From an uncultured Thermoleophilia bacterium (GTDB lineage: Bacteria > Actinomycetota > Thermoleophilia > UBA2241): a stretch of 64,000 nucleotides of DNA. Below the pieces are notes generated by a model. It was not told the origin of the DNA, made no database searches, and worked only from the letters and a program-made list of their open reading frames with translations. Numbering within the stretch: the stretch's first letter is position 1; every line of letters starts with the position of its first letter. A program made the translations under genes and the position numbers. Positions 1-10,648 of this stretch are shown piece by piece. The stretch lies in contig CAVQSP010000011.1 in the NCBI GenBank assembly GCA_963715985.1, positions 224,001 to 288,000 on the forward strand, read 5' to 3'.

Positions 1-36
1 GCCCGCCGCCCCGTCGCACTCAAGCCCGCACGTGCC

Positions 37-1431
37 CTATCTCACGATCAGCGGTCTGACGGTCGCGCTCTGCTGCGTGAAGCCCGCGTAGTCGGTGCAC
101 ACCACCTTCCACGTGTAGCGCCCGACCGGCAGGGAGATGCGCGCCGTGCAGGTGCGCGTCTCGCCGTTGGGGCCGAACCCGGCGACCACGCTCTTCTTCA
201 CGCGGTGCCGGGCATCCACGATCACCACGACGGCCCTGGACCGGGGCACGCCCGGGTCGGTGACGCGGAAGCGGAAGGTCGCCTTGGCGCCGCGGCTCAC
301 CACGACCGCGTTCAGCGCCGCAGTCGCCGGCCGGGTCTGCGGAGTGAAGCCGGGTCCGCCCCCATCCGTGGTGCGCGCCACGAGAGAGTCCTCGCCGGCC
401 ACCCAGGCCGATCCGGCGTCCAGCGCCGTCACCGCCTGCACGGAGGGCACGATGCCGCAGTCCTGCTGTACCCATGTCGAGCCCCCGTCGGTGGTGTGCA
501 GGATCACGGCCCAGCCCTTGCCGCCGTACATGGGCGGCCAGGACGCGCCGGTCACCCAACCGTTCTGCGCGTCCACGAACGCCACCCCCGTGAGCTCGAC
601 GGCTGCTCCGATGGCGACCGCCTGCGGACTCCAGCTGGCTCCACCGTCCCGGGTGTGGAAGATCACCCCATCCTGGCCGACCACCCACCCCTCGCCGCCG
701 GCGAGGAAGCTGCAGTCCTCGACGACCGCCTCGGGATCCGGTGAGACGTCCTTCCAGGTGGCGCCACCGTCGGAGGTCGCGTAGCAGCGCCCCCCGTAGA
801 AGTCCTCGTTGCCCTGCCCGCCGCAGACCCATCCGTGCGCGGCATCGGTGAAGCTGAGGCCGCTGAACATGACGTCGGTCGCCCCGGGGACCTTCTTCGC
901 CCAGTGAGCACCCCCGTCCGTGGTGACGTACACGGTGCCGTCGTCGCCCGTGATATAGCCCGTCGTCGCAGAGGGGAACTGGACCTTCTGCAGCGCCGCC
1001 GCAGCGGTGAACGTGACGCGCTCCCATGTCTTGCCGGCGTCGGCGCTGGTCAGCAGGAGCGCCGCCTGGCGGTCGCCGCTGCCGTAGTCGGCACCGACGG
1101 CCCAGGCGTGTGTGGAGTCGCTGAAGGCGACACCACTGAGCTGGCCGTACACCTGTTCGTCCGTGACGGTCGTCCAGGTGGCGCCACCATCCGAGGTCCT
1201 GTGGATGGTCGGGATGAGCGGTGCCGGGCCGCCCTCCTCGATCATTCCGGTGGCCAACCCGACGTGCGCGTCGAGCATGGCGATATCGCTGAAGTCCAGG
1301 GTCAGGTCCCCCGGCGGGACGTGACCGCGTTGCCAGCCACCCGCGGTGCTCGACACGGCCGCTGCAGCGCCGGCCAGGGCTGCCAGGAACGCACACGCCA
1401 TGACGATGACCAGGAACGGTGTGCGCCTCAT
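37..1431 (-). CDS. Secreted YCF48/BNR-repeat beta-propeller protein with C-terminal Ig-like domain
   Basis: Signal peptide MRRTPFLVIVMACAF after a GGAGGAGG RBS; about seven T-x-DGG-x-T/S-W Asp-box repeats; basic beta-rich C-terminal domain. Confidence 0.8.
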   Translation of the reverse strand: MRRTPFLVIVMACAFLAALAGAAAAVSSTAGGWQRGHVPPGDLTLDFSDIAMLDAHVGLATGMIEEGGPAPLIPTIHRTSDGGATWTTVTDEQVYGQLSGVAFSDSTHAWAVGADYGSGDRQAALLLTSADAGKTWERVTFTAAAALQKVQFPSATTGYITGDDGTVYVTTDGGAHWAKKVPGATDVMFSGLSFTDAAHGWVCGGQGNEDFYGGRCYATSDGGATWKDVSPDPEAVVEDCSFLAGGEGWVVGQDGVIFHTRDGGASWSPQAVAIGAAVELTGVAFVDAQNGWVTGASWPPMYGGKGWAVILHTTDGGSTWVQQDCGIVPSVQAVTALDAGSAWVAGEDSLVARTTDGGGPGFTPQTRPATAALNAVVVSRGAKATFRFRVTDPGVPRSRAVVVIVDARHRVKKSVVAGFGPNGETRTCTARISLPVGRYTWKVVCTDYAGFTQQSATVRPLIVR

Positions 1432-1637
1432 GGGGCACCTCCTCCCCGCGCCCGGGTGCGCGGACCAAGTTCGCGACCTCCGCCCGCGCCGCCCGCTGCC
1501 ACCGCGGCTCGCGCGCGGCGTCGAACGAAGGTCACCCTGGGAGGTTCTTCGACCCCGCGGGCGCCGCACTTGAACCCGGGTGCCCGGGTGCGGCGCAGGG
1601 AGGCGCGGGCGGGCGCAGTCCGGCACCCCCGCCCGCC

Positions 1638-1665
1638 TCGACATTTCATGCATGTGTGTTATTCT
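1638..1665 (+). promoter_or_regulatory. Putative sigma-70-type promoter of the cys operon within an AT-rich patch
   Basis: TCGACA-N16-TATTCT with an extended TG; AT-rich island 1640-1690 in a very GC-rich background. Confidence 0.4.
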
Positions 1666-1745
1666 TCACTTCATTCATTTGCATTGATTGGACGGCGGTG
1701 CCCCCGCGCACTCCGCCGCTCGCGACCCACACACGAGGTGACCAG

Positions 1746-2498
1746 ATGACGCAGCCGGAGACCGTGGCCACCATCCTGGCTCAGCTGGGCGACGCACCCG
1801 CCGAGGCCGTCCTTGCCGACGCGGCTCGCCGCTTCGCCGGCCGCGTCGCCTTTGCCACGTCGCTGGGCGCGGAGGACCAGGTGCTCACCGCCATGATCGT
1901 GGAAGCGGGGCTCGACATCCCGATCTTCACCCTGGACACCGGCCGCCTCTTCCCCGAGGCCTACGACCTCATCGACCGCACCTGCAGGAAGTACGGCCTC
2001 AAGATCCACACCTACTTCCCCGCGGCCGCCGAAGTGGAGAAGATGGTCGACCGCGACGGCGTCAACCTCTTCCGCGACAGCATCGAGGCGCGCCACCGCT
2101 GCTGCGAAGTGCGAAAGATCATGCCGCTGCGGCGCGCCCAGCTCGAGCTGGACGCCTGGATCTGCGGTCTGCGCAGCGGCCAGGGCGCGACCCGGCAGAA
2201 GGTCGAGGTCGCCGAGTGGGACCAGCTGGCGGACATGGTCAAGATCAACCCGCTGGCCGCCTGGGACGAGGCGCGCGTCTGGGAGTACATCCGCGCCCAC
2301 GACGTGCCCTACAACCCCCTGCACGACCGCGGGTTCCCGAGCATCGGCTGCGCGCCCTGCACGCGCGCCGTGGCCGAGGGCGAGGACTGGCGGGCCGGGC
2401 GCTGGTGGTGGGAGATGCCCGAGCACCGCGAGTGCGGGCTGCACGACCGCGCGGCCAGGATCCCCGGAAGCGCCGCCGACGCGGCCGCGGGCGCCTGA
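1746..2498 (+). CDS. cysH: [4Fe-4S] adenylyl-sulfate (APS) reductase, CysH family
   Basis: [38 protein letters not shown] and ECGLH motifs; GAGG RBS. Confidence 0.92.
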   Translation: MTQPETVATILAQLGDAPAEAVLADAARRFAGRVAFATSLGAEDQVLTAMIVEAGLDIPIFTLDTGRLFPEAYDLIDRTCRKYGLKIHTYFPAAAEVEKMVDRDGVNLFRDSIEARHRCCEVRKIMPLRRAQLELDAWICGLRSGQGATRQKVEVAEWDQLADMVKINPLAAWDEARVWEYIRAHDVPYNPLHDRGFPSIGCAPCTRAVAEGEDWRAGRWWWEMPEHRECGLHDRAARIPGSAADAAAGA

Positions 2499-2508
2499 GG
2501 GCCGCCTC

Positions 2509-3390
2509 GTGAACCAGCTCGACACCCTGGAGGCCAAGAGCGTCCACATCCTGCGCGAGGCGTACCGCTCGCTGGGCAACGTCTGCATGCTGTGGTCGAT
2601 CGGCAAGGACAGCACCGTGCTGCTGCACCTGGCGCGCAAGGCCTTCTTCGGCCACGTGCCCATCCCGCTGGTGCACATCGACACGGCCTACAAGATGCCG
2701 GAGATGATCGAGTACCGCGACCGCCTGGCGCTGGAGTGGCAGCTCAACCTCGTCGTGGGGCAGAACCGCAAGGCGCTCGAGGAGAAGGCGACCTTCCCCG
2801 ACGGCAACTGCGACCGCATCCAGTGCTGCCGCAATCTCAAGACGATGGCGCTCAAGCACACGCTCTCGGGCGAGTGGCCGCGCCTGCGCATGTCCCACAG
2901 TCTGGGGCGCCTCGTCGAGGACGAGGACCTCTCCCCGTACACCGGCGTCATCGTGGGCGTGCGCGCCGACGAGGAGGGCTCGCGCTCGAAGGAGCGCTAC
3001 TTCTCGCCGCGCGACGTGGAGAACGACTGGAACGTGGACGACCAGCCGCCGGAGCTGTGGCGCTACTTCAAGACCGACTTCGAGCCCGGCACGCACGTGC
3101 GCGTGCACCCGCTGCTGGACTGGACCGAGCTCAACGTGTGGGAGTACATCGAGCGCGAGAGCATCCCCGTCACCTCCCTGTACTTCGACGACGGCACCGG
3201 CACCCGCTGCCGCTCCCTGGGCTGCTGGCCGTGCACCACGCCGGTGCAGTCCACGGCGACGAACGTGGCCGAGATCATCGAGGAGCTGCGCACCGGCAAG
3301 TTCAGCAACATCGCCGAGCGCAGCGGCCGCGCCCAGGACAAGGACGACGGCGGCGGCCTGGAGTCGCTGCGCCGCGGGGGGTACATGTGA
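2509..3390 (+). CDS. cysD: Sulfate adenylyltransferase subunit 2
   Basis: WSIGKDS PP-loop, [20 protein letters not shown]-terminal LRRGGYM. Confidence 0.93.
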   Translation: MNQLDTLEAKSVHILREAYRSLGNVCMLWSIGKDSTVLLHLARKAFFGHVPIPLVHIDTAYKMPEMIEYRDRLALEWQLNLVVGQNRKALEEKATFPDGNCDRIQCCRNLKTMALKHTLSGEWPRLRMSHSLGRLVEDEDLSPYTGVIVGVRADEEGSRSKERYFSPRDVENDWNVDDQPPELWRYFKTDFEPGTHVRVHPLLDWTELNVWEYIERESIPVTSLYFDDGTGTRCRSLGCWPCTTPVQSTATNVAEIIEELRTGKFSNIAERSGRAQDKDDGGGLESLRRGGYM

Positions 3391-5159
3391 ACCTCTCCCC
3401 CTTCGACCTGGAGCGCATGGACATCGTGGCCGTCGGCCACGTGGACCACGGCAAGAGCACCGTCATCGGTCGTCTCATGGCGGACACGGGCTCGCTGCCC
3501 GACGGCAAGCTCGATCAAGTGCGCGCGATGTGCGCCACCAACGCGCGCCCGTTCGAGTACGCCTTCCTTCTCGACGCCCTCAAGAACGAGCAGGCGCAGG
3601 GCATCACCATCGACACGGCGCGCTGCTTCTTCAACACCAGCAACCGCCACTACATCATCCACGACGCCCCGGGCCACGTGGAGTTCCTCAAGAACATGAT
3701 CACCGGCGCCTCGCGGGCGCAGGCGGCGCTGCTCGTCATCGACGCGCAGGAGGGCGTGCGCGAGAACTCCAAGCGCCACGGCTACATCCTCTCCATGCTC
3801 GGCATCCGCCAGATCAGCGTGCTGGTGAACAAGATGGACCTGCTCGGCTGGAAGCAGAGTGCCTACGAGGCCGTGACCGCCGAGTACGCCGACTTCCTGG
3901 GACGCCTCGGCGTGCACCCGCTGAGCTTCATCCCGGTGAGCGCACGCGACGGCGCCAACATCGTGCAGAGGGCCGTCGAGGCGCCCTGGTACGACGGCCC
4001 GACCGTGCTCGAGCAGGTCGAGGCCTTCAAGGCGCTCGACGACGACCTCGAGCGGCCGTTCCGTATGCCACTGCAGGACGTCTACAAGTTCACCGCGGCC
4101 GGCGACGACCGGCGCATCTTCGTCGGCACCGTGGAGACCGGCCGCATCCACCCCGGCGACGACATCGTCTTCCTGCCGTCCGGCAAGCGCTCCTCCGTCA
4201 GCACCATCGAGGCCCTGTCCGGGCCGCGTCCGGACGAGGCGTACGCCGGCCAGGCCACGGGCCTCACCCTGGACACGCAGGTGTACGCCAAGCCGGGAGA
4301 GCTGATGGTGCGCGCCGACGAGGCCGCGCCGCTGGTCGCCACGCGCCTGCGCGCCAACGTGTTCTGGATGAACGCGGCGCCCCTGATCAGGGGGCGGCGC
4401 TACGTGCTGCGCATGGGCGCCGCCCGCGTTCCCGTCGAGCTGGAGACCGTGCTCAGCGTGCTCGACGAGCAGGAGCTCGAGTCGGTCACGGGCGCCGCCC
4501 AAGTGGAGCGCCACGACGTCGCCGAGGTCGTGTTCCGCACGGTGCGCCCCGTCGCCTTCGACCCGGCCGATGTGCTCGAGCCCACGTCGCGCTTCGTCGT
4601 CGTGCACGGCTACGACACCGCCGGCTGTGGCATCGTGCTCGAGTCGCTCCCGGACGCCCCCGCCGACACCGGCGCGGAGCGCCGCTTCGCCGCCGGCGAC
4701 GTGAGCGCCGACGAGCGCGTCGCGCGCTACGGGCACGGCGGCAGGGCGGTGGTGCTCGTCGGCGAGTCGGCCGAGGACGCCAGCGCCGTCGCGGCCGCGC
4801 TGGAACGCCGCATCTTCGCGCGCGGGGTGCACTCGTACTGCCTCGGCGCCACCGACCTCGGCGAGGAGAAGGACGTGCTCGGCCGCGAGGCCCACCTGCG
4901 CCGGCTCGGCGAGATCGCCTGGGCGATGACCGACGCGGGCATCGTGCTCGTGGCGGCGCTCGGCGACGTCGACCGCTTCGACCTCGGGCACCTGCGCGCG
5001 CTGGCCGCCCCGCACGAGATGTTCGTGATCGGGGCGGGTGAGGCCGTCGAGCTGGAGGCCGACCTGGAACTGCCGTCGTCGCTGAACGCGGAGGAGGCGG
5101 CGGAGCAGGCGCTGCGCGCCCTCGCCGCCGCCGGCATCGTGCCCGCAGAGCCGATGTGA
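3387..5159 (+). CDS. cysN: Sulfate adenylyltransferase subunit 1 (GTPase) with degenerate C-terminal APS-kinase-like domain
   Basis: [20 protein letters not shown] and NKMD motifs; GTG start overlaps the cysD stop; C-terminal CysC-like region lacks the P-loop. Confidence 0.9.
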   Translation: MNLSPFDLERMDIVAVGHVDHGKSTVIGRLMADTGSLPDGKLDQVRAMCATNARPFEYAFLLDALKNEQAQGITIDTARCFFNTSNRHYIIHDAPGHVEFLKNMITGASRAQAALLVIDAQEGVRENSKRHGYILSMLGIRQISVLVNKMDLLGWKQSAYEAVTAEYADFLGRLGVHPLSFIPVSARDGANIVQRAVEAPWYDGPTVLEQVEAFKALDDDLERPFRMPLQDVYKFTAAGDDRRIFVGTVETGRIHPGDDIVFLPSGKRSSVSTIEALSGPRPDEAYAGQATGLTLDTQVYAKPGELMVRADEAAPLVATRLRANVFWMNAAPLIRGRRYVLRMGAARVPVELETVLSVLDEQELESVTGAAQVERHDVAEVVFRTVRPVAFDPADVLEPTSRFVVVHGYDTAGCGIVLESLPDAPADTGAERRFAAGDVSADERVARYGHGGRAVVLVGESAEDASAVAAALERRIFARGVHSYCLGATDLGEEKDVLGREAHLRRLGEIAWAMTDAGIVLVAALGDVDRFDLGHLRALAAPHEMFVIGAGEAVELEADLELPSSLNAEEAAEQALRALAAAGIVPAEPM

Positions 5160-5305
5160 GGCGCGCCGGCGGCTGACGACGCCGGCGCCGTAGGGGGCCG
5201 GCGAGCCTGGGCCGCCCGGCAGGCGCCCGCCGGCGGGCGCCGGCCGAGGAGTTTGCCGTCGCGTTTTCGGTGGCCACTCGCGCGACCGCGGGCTACCCTG
5301 AGGTC

Positions 5306-6439
5306 ATGACGACGACCGCCGCGACCACTCTGCCGCCCCGCGCCGACATGCTCGCCGCCCTCGAGGCCCGCGACGCCTCCTGCGACGGCCTCTTCTACGC
5401 CGCCGTCTCGACGACCGGGGTGTTCTGCCGGCCGTCCTGCCCCGCGCGCCATCCGCGGCCGGAGCACGTGACCTTCTACGCCACGGCCCCCGAGGCGCTG
5501 CAGGCAGGGTACCGCCCCTGCCGGCGTTGCCATCCGCTCGAGCAGCGAGGGAGCACGCCGCCCTGGATGACCGCCCTCATCGCACGCGTGGAGGCCGAGC
5601 CGTGGCAGCGCATCAGGGACGAGGACCTGCGCGCCGAGGGCCTCGATCCGGCCGCCGTGCGGCGGCGCTTCCGGCGGTCGCTCGGCATGACGTTCCAGCA
5701 GTACTCGCGGGCCCGGCGCCTGGGGCAGGCGGTACGTGCCCTCGGCGAGGGCGACAGTGTGGACGAGGTGGTGTTCGCCCACGGCTGGAGCTCGCACTCC
5801 GGCTTTCGCGCCGCCTTCACGAGGTCCGTCGGCGCGCCGCCCGGAGAGGTCGCGATGCGCCTTCGGGGCGCGAGTGTCCCTCCGGTCGCGGGGTCGCCCG
5901 CGGCAGACACGGGCGCCTCCCCCGACGGGATCATCCGGCTGAGCTGGATCGTGACCCCTCTGGGCGGCATGATCGCCGGTGCCACCGACGAGGCGGTGTG
6001 CCTGCTCGAGTTCGCCGACCAGCCAAGGACGCGGGCGCAGCTGGCGGCCCTCTCGCGCGCGCTCTCGCGCCCGCTGGCGCGCGGCGACGGCCCGCTCCTC
6101 GACGCCCTTCGCGCGCAGCTGGACGAGTACTTCGCAGGCTCGCGGCGCACGTTCGATCTCCCCATCGACGCGCCCGGGAGCGAGTTCCAGCGGCTCGTGT
6201 GGGACAGGCTCCGGCAGATCCCGTACGGGGCGACCCTCACCTATGCGAGCCTGGCGCGTGAGCTGGGCCGCCCTGCGGCGGCGAGGGCCGTAGGCAGCGC
6301 CAACGCCGCCAACCGCATCGCCATCGTCATCCCCTGCCACCGGGTGGTCGCCGCGGGAGGCGGCCTCGGCGGCTATGGCGGCGGCCTCTGGCGCAAGCTG
6401 CGGCTGCTGGAGACGGAGGGCGCCGCGCCGCATCACTGA
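5306..6439 (+). CDS. ada: Bifunctional Ada transcriptional activator / O6-methylguanine-DNA methyltransferase
   Basis: Zn site FCRPSC...PCRRC, AraC-type HTH, active site IPCHRV. Confidence 0.9.
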   Translation: MTTTAATTLPPRADMLAALEARDASCDGLFYAAVSTTGVFCRPSCPARHPRPEHVTFYATAPEALQAGYRPCRRCHPLEQRGSTPPWMTALIARVEAEPWQRIRDEDLRAEGLDPAAVRRRFRRSLGMTFQQYSRARRLGQAVRALGEGDSVDEVVFAHGWSSHSGFRAAFTRSVGAPPGEVAMRLRGASVPPVAGSPAADTGASPDGIIRLSWIVTPLGGMIAGATDEAVCLLEFADQPRTRAQLAALSRALSRPLARGDGPLLDALRAQLDEYFAGSRRTFDLPIDAPGSEFQRLVWDRLRQIPYGATLTYASLARELGRPAAARAVGSANAANRIAIVIPCHRVVAAGGGLGGYGGGLWRKLRLLETEGAAPHH

Positions 6440-6547
6440 CGCCGGCAGCCGCAGGTCTGCAGGCCCGTGAGAACGCGGCACGTCCCGCCTTGCGGGGAAT
6501 ACTCCGCCTGAAGCGCGCCGTTCCGGCGCGCCGGGGGACGGGAGCCC

Positions 6548-7429
6548 ATGGACGAGCGGCTCGCCTACTACGCCCGCTGGGCCTGGCAGAGCGTAGTGCT
6601 CCGCGATGTGCGGCCGCTCATCTTCGGCATCGCTCCCACCGACCGCTGCAACCTCTCCTGTGCCGGCTGCCGCATCCCCGAGCTGGGGCGCCCGGACATG
6701 CCCTTTGACGCACTTGTGTCTCTGCTGCGCGACGCGCGCCGCCGCGGGTTCCGCGAGGTCTACTTCAGCGGCGGTGAGCCTATGCTGTGGCGCGACGGCG
6801 AGCACACGATCGAGGATGCCGTGATCGCCGCCCGCCGGCTCGGCTTCTATCACGTGCACGTCTACACCAACGGCACTTTGGGCCTGGCGACCTCCGCCGA
6901 CCTCGTCTGGGTGAGCATGGACGGGCTCTCCGACACCTTCCGCCGGCGGCGCGGCGACCACTTCGCCGAGGTGGAGGCGGCGGTCCGTGCGCCCGGCCAC
7001 CCGCCGGTGGCGGTGCTGTACGTGATCGACCGCTTCACGCGCGACGGCGTCGAGCCCTTCCTGCGCTGGGTCCGTGACGCGCGCCTGCCGGTGAAGGGCG
7101 TCATGTTCTACCTGCACACGCCGTACTACGGCTACGACGAGCTGTTCCTGAAGGGTGCCGAGCGCACCGCGGCCATCGACCGCCTGCTCGCCTGCCGTCG
7201 CGCCGGTCTGCCCGTGCTCAACTCGGCGGCCGGACTGAAGGCGCTCCGGTCCGGCCGCTGGGTGCGGCGCACCCCGGCCGCCGCGGTGGCCGACGTGGAC
7301 GGCGAGTCGGTGTGCTGCCGCGCGCCCGCGTGGTGCTGCGCGGACTGCGGGTACGCCGCGTGCACGGAGATCGTGGAGGCGCTCCGCCTGCGGCCGAGCG
7401 CCGTGCTCGCCATGAGGAGCTACTGGTGA
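6548..7429 (+). CDS. Radical SAM protein with Cys-rich C-terminus
   Basis: CNLSCAGC, FSGGEP, YTNG; C-terminal CCR...CCADCGYAAC. Confidence 0.85.
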   Translation: MDERLAYYARWAWQSVVLRDVRPLIFGIAPTDRCNLSCAGCRIPELGRPDMPFDALVSLLRDARRRGFREVYFSGGEPMLWRDGEHTIEDAVIAARRLGFYHVHVYTNGTLGLATSADLVWVSMDGLSDTFRRRRGDHFAEVEAAVRAPGHPPVAVLYVIDRFTRDGVEPFLRWVRDARLPVKGVMFYLHTPYYGYDELFLKGAERTAAIDRLLACRRAGLPVLNSAAGLKALRSGRWVRRTPAAAVADVDGESVCCRAPAWCCADCGYAACTEIVEALRLRPSAVLAMRSYW

Positions 7430-8721
7430 GCGGTCCCGGCAGCCCCGTCTCGCGGACGCTCACACGCGCGCTCCGTCGCCACCTGGTCGGCCCCAGCCAG
7501 ACGTGGACGTTCTCGCCGCCGCCGCGTGACTGGAGGCCGCCGCGGCTCGCGCGCACCTCCGTCTACCTGCACGTGCCGTTCTGCCGCAACACCTGCCCTT
7601 ACTGCCCGTACACCAAGGTCCCGTATCGCCGCGAGCTCGTGGCGCCCTACGAGGAGACGGCGCTGGCGGAGGCCGGCTGGTGGGCGCAGGCGGTCGGGCC
7701 GGCGGAGGTGACCAGTGTGTACGTCGGCGGCGGCACGCCCACACTCGCGCTGGACAGCGTGGCACGCGTTCTCGAGCTCCTGCGCGAACGCTTCTGCGTG
7801 AGCGGCGACGTGTGCATGGAGACGAGCCCCGCAGACGTGGACGACGCCACCGTCGCCGGCCTGCACCAGGCGGGCGTGACGATGGTGTCGCTGGGCGTGC
7901 AGTCGCTGCAGGCACGGCACCTCGCCACCATCGGTCGCCGGTACACGCCGGCCGCCGCCGAGGAGGCGCTGGCGCTCCTGACCGGCGGCGGGTTCGCCGC
8001 CGTCAACGCCGACTTCCTGTTCGCGCTGCCCGGGCAGAGCGCCGCCGACGTGGTCGCCGATCTCGAGCGCGCTGCGGAGCTGGGCGCGACCCAGGTGACC
8101 GCGTACCCGCTGTTCACCTTCCCGTACACGGCCGTGGGCGAGTATCTGCGCCTCACCGGCGTGCGGATGCCCGGGCTCGAGGCGCGCCGCGAGCACTACC
8201 GGGCCATCACTGCCTGGGCGCGACGGCGCCGGTTCGAGCGCGTCTCGGTGTGGGGCTTTCGCCGCGGCACGGGACCCCGCTACTCGTCGGTGACGCGCGA
8301 CGGGTACCTGGGCATCGGCCCCGGGGCCGGCTCACACCTGCCCGACGGCTTCGTGCTCAACACGTTCGACCTCGACGCCTGGGAGGAGGCGATCGCAGCA
8401 GGCGGCCCGGCCGTGGCGCTGCGCCTGCCGTTCGCCGGCCAGATGAGCGGCTGGTGGTGGCTGTACTGGCGCATCTACGACACGCACATCCCCGCGGAGG
8501 CGCTGGACGAGATGCTGGGACCCGACGCCGCGAAGGCGCGCCGCTGGCTGGACGCGCTGCGAGCCGCCGGCCTGCTGTGCGCCCGCGACGGCCGCCTGGA
8601 ACTCACCGACGCCGGCGCGTTCTGGCTTCACCTGGCACAGAACCACTTCGCGCTCGCCTACGTGGACGCGCTCTGGACCGCCGGTCGCAGGCGGCCGTGG
8701 CCGGCCGCCCTCACCATTTGA
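7426..8721 (+). CDS. HemN/HemW-like radical SAM protein
   Basis: YLHVPFCRNTCPYCPY, GGGTPT, SLGVQS, YLGIGPGAGS; GTGA overlap with the upstream gene. Confidence 0.85.
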   Translation: MSGPGSPVSRTLTRALRRHLVGPSQTWTFSPPPRDWRPPRLARTSVYLHVPFCRNTCPYCPYTKVPYRRELVAPYEETALAEAGWWAQAVGPAEVTSVYVGGGTPTLALDSVARVLELLRERFCVSGDVCMETSPADVDDATVAGLHQAGVTMVSLGVQSLQARHLATIGRRYTPAAAEEALALLTGGGFAAVNADFLFALPGQSAADVVADLERAAELGATQVTAYPLFTFPYTAVGEYLRLTGVRMPGLEARREHYRAITAWARRRRFERVSVWGFRRGTGPRYSSVTRDGYLGIGPGAGSHLPDGFVLNTFDLDAWEEAIAAGGPAVALRLPFAGQMSGWWWLYWRIYDTHIPAEALDEMLGPDAAKARRWLDALRAAGLLCARDGRLELTDAGAFWLHLAQNHFALAYVDALWTAGRRRPWPAALTI

Positions 8722-8848
8722 GCGTGCCGTTCGGCCCGCAGCGGCGCGCGGCCAGTCACAAGACGGCAGACGTTCAGCCCTGCGCGGGTGAACGGCAGGC
8801 ATCGCGCCGACGTCCCCCGCACCAGACGCAGGCTCAGAAGGGGAGGTC

Positions 8849-9322
8849 GTGATGCTCGCGCGCTGGACCAACGTACTCCTGGCGGCGGCCGCGCTGGCGG
8901 CCGTGGCCGCCATGCTCACGGCCGCCGTGGCCGCGTGTGGCGGCGCCGCCGCGTCGTCGGTGTCGCCCTCCTCCTCCGGACCGGCTGCGCCCGCCGGCGG
9001 GCCGGCCGCGGGCACCAAGCTCGCCCCGGGCCTGTACGACCTCGAGGACGGCACCGTGCGCGCGGTCGGCACCGTGGAGTATCGCGACCTCGAGGGCGGC
9101 TTCTGGGCGGTCGTCGGCGGGACCGAGGCCGAGAGCGACGTGGGCAAGGTCGTCGCCGTCATCGTCAACGGCGCCGACTACCAGGAGCTCTTCGCGCAGA
9201 ACGAGGGCCTCTCGTTCCTCATCGACGGGACCCGCGCGGAGGGCGCATCCACACGCATGGCCGGCCCCGAGATCACGGCCACGAACGTGACCCTCGCGAG
9301 CGACGCCGGCCCCGCGGAGTGA
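8849..9322 (+). CDS. Hypothetical lipoprotein
   Basis: Hydrophobic signal with VAAC lipobox, Ser/Pro linker, small beta domain; GGGGAGG RBS. Confidence 0.7.
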   Translation: MMLARWTNVLLAAAALAAVAAMLTAAVAACGGAAASSVSPSSSGPAAPAGGPAAGTKLAPGLYDLEDGTVRAVGTVEYRDLEGGFWAVVGGTEAESDVGKVVAVIVNGADYQELFAQNEGLSFLIDGTRAEGASTRMAGPEITATNVTLASDAGPAE

Positions 9323-9561
9323 CCGCGCACGCGGATCCGTGACGCAGGCGGCACAACGGGATCGTCTCCACTGCGGAAGACGATTTGCGGTTGCGCGAGA
9401 CTTTTCGCTTGTTTTGCTCTACACTGTGCGCCACGAGCCGACTGAAGGCTCAAGAGTTGGCGGCGTGACCTTGTTGCTAGACCGCCGGCGTTGTCAGCGG
9501 ATCGGCATCTGGTCACGTCGCTTTGTTAAAAGCCCTGCGGGGGCGGAAAAGGATGCGTCAA

Positions 9562-9765
9562 ATGGCAGAAGGCACCGTCAAGTGGTTCAACGCGGCCAAG
9601 GGTTACGGCTTCATTTCGCGGGAGGATGGTGACGACCTGTTCGTCCACTTCCGTGAGATCCAGGAGGAGGGCTTCAAGACCCTGGATGAGGGCCAGAGGG
9701 TCTCGTTCGACGTCACTCAGGGCCAGAACGGCAAGATGCAGGCGAGCAACGTCCGCAAAGTCTGA
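9562..9765 (+). CDS. cspA: Cold-shock protein
   Basis: [18 protein letters not shown]...DLFVHF (RNP1/RNP2). Confidence 0.95.
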   Translation: MAEGTVKWFNAAKGYGFISREDGDDLFVHFREIQEEGFKTLDEGQRVSFDVTQGQNGKMQASNVRKV

Positions 9766-9788
9766 CGCCGTTTCACTCTGCGGTTTCT

Positions 9789-9822
9789 CGCGAAGGGCGG
9801 CCCCTCGGGGCCGCCCTTCGCG
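9789..9822 (+). terminator. Intrinsic terminator-like hairpin after cspA
   Basis: Perfect inverted repeat CGCGAAGGGCGGCCCC-TC-GGGGCCGCCCTTCGCG. Confidence 0.75.
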
Positions 9823-9857
9823 TCTCTGGGCTCGGCTGACGGCGGCGCTCCGGTAAG

Positions 9858-10580
9858 ATGCCCGTCATGAGACTCTCGCGCGCCCCCGTCGACGGTGTCA
9901 CCGTCGACGACCTGCAGTTCGCGGTGCGCTGGAGCCGGCGGCGGCGCACCATCGGCATCAGCGTCGCTCGCGACGGCGGGCTGCGCGTGCTGGCCCCCGC
10001 CGGCGTCTCCGCGCGCAGGCTGGAGCAGGCCGTGCGTGCCAAGCTCCCTTGGGTGCGCCGCAAGCTCGCCGAGTTCGAGGCGCTCGGTCCGCCGCCGGCG
10101 GCCCTGCGCCTCGCCGAGGGCGAGCGCCTGCCCTACCTGGGGCGCTCCTACGCGATCCACGTGGTCGGCGACCCGCGCGCGCCGTTCGCCCTCCGCCGCG
10201 GCCGCTTCGAGCTGGCGCGCGGCCGGGACGGCGACGCGCGCGCCGAGGTGATGCGCTGGTACACAGAGCACGCCCGCGCGCACCTCGCAGCGCGCGTCGC
10301 CCACTTCGCGCCGCTGGTCGGCGCCACTCCGGCCGCCGTCGTGGTACGCGACCTCGGCACCAGACGCTGGGGCGTCTGCAACGGGAGCACAGGCACGGTG
10401 AGCTTCCACTGGGAGCTGGTGATGCAGCGCCCGGAGGCCGTGGACTACGTGGTGGTGCACGAGCTTGCGCACCTGCACGAGCCGCACCACCAGCGCCCGT
10501 TCTGGCGGCGCGTCGAGGCCGTGGTGCCCGACTACAAGCAGCGGCGCGCGCTGCTCACGGCGGGCCGCAGGGTGATCTGA
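9858..10580 (+). CDS. YgjP/DUF45 (SprT-like) zinc metallohydrolase
   Basis: RRRTIGI, RWGVC, DYVVVHELAHL..HH...FW. Confidence 0.85.
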   Translation: MPVMRLSRAPVDGVTVDDLQFAVRWSRRRRTIGISVARDGGLRVLAPAGVSARRLEQAVRAKLPWVRRKLAEFEALGPPPAALRLAEGERLPYLGRSYAIHVVGDPRAPFALRRGRFELARGRDGDARAEVMRWYTEHARAHLAARVAHFAPLVGATPAAVVVRDLGTRRWGVCNGSTGTVSFHWELVMQRPEAVDYVVVHELAHLHEPHHQRPFWRRVEAVVPDYKQRRALLTAGRRVI

Positions 10581-10648
10581 CCCGCCGGTGTGCGCTGTGG
10601 ACCGCCGCCGGGTACAGCTCTCTCACAAAGAGACCTGAGGAGGAGTCC

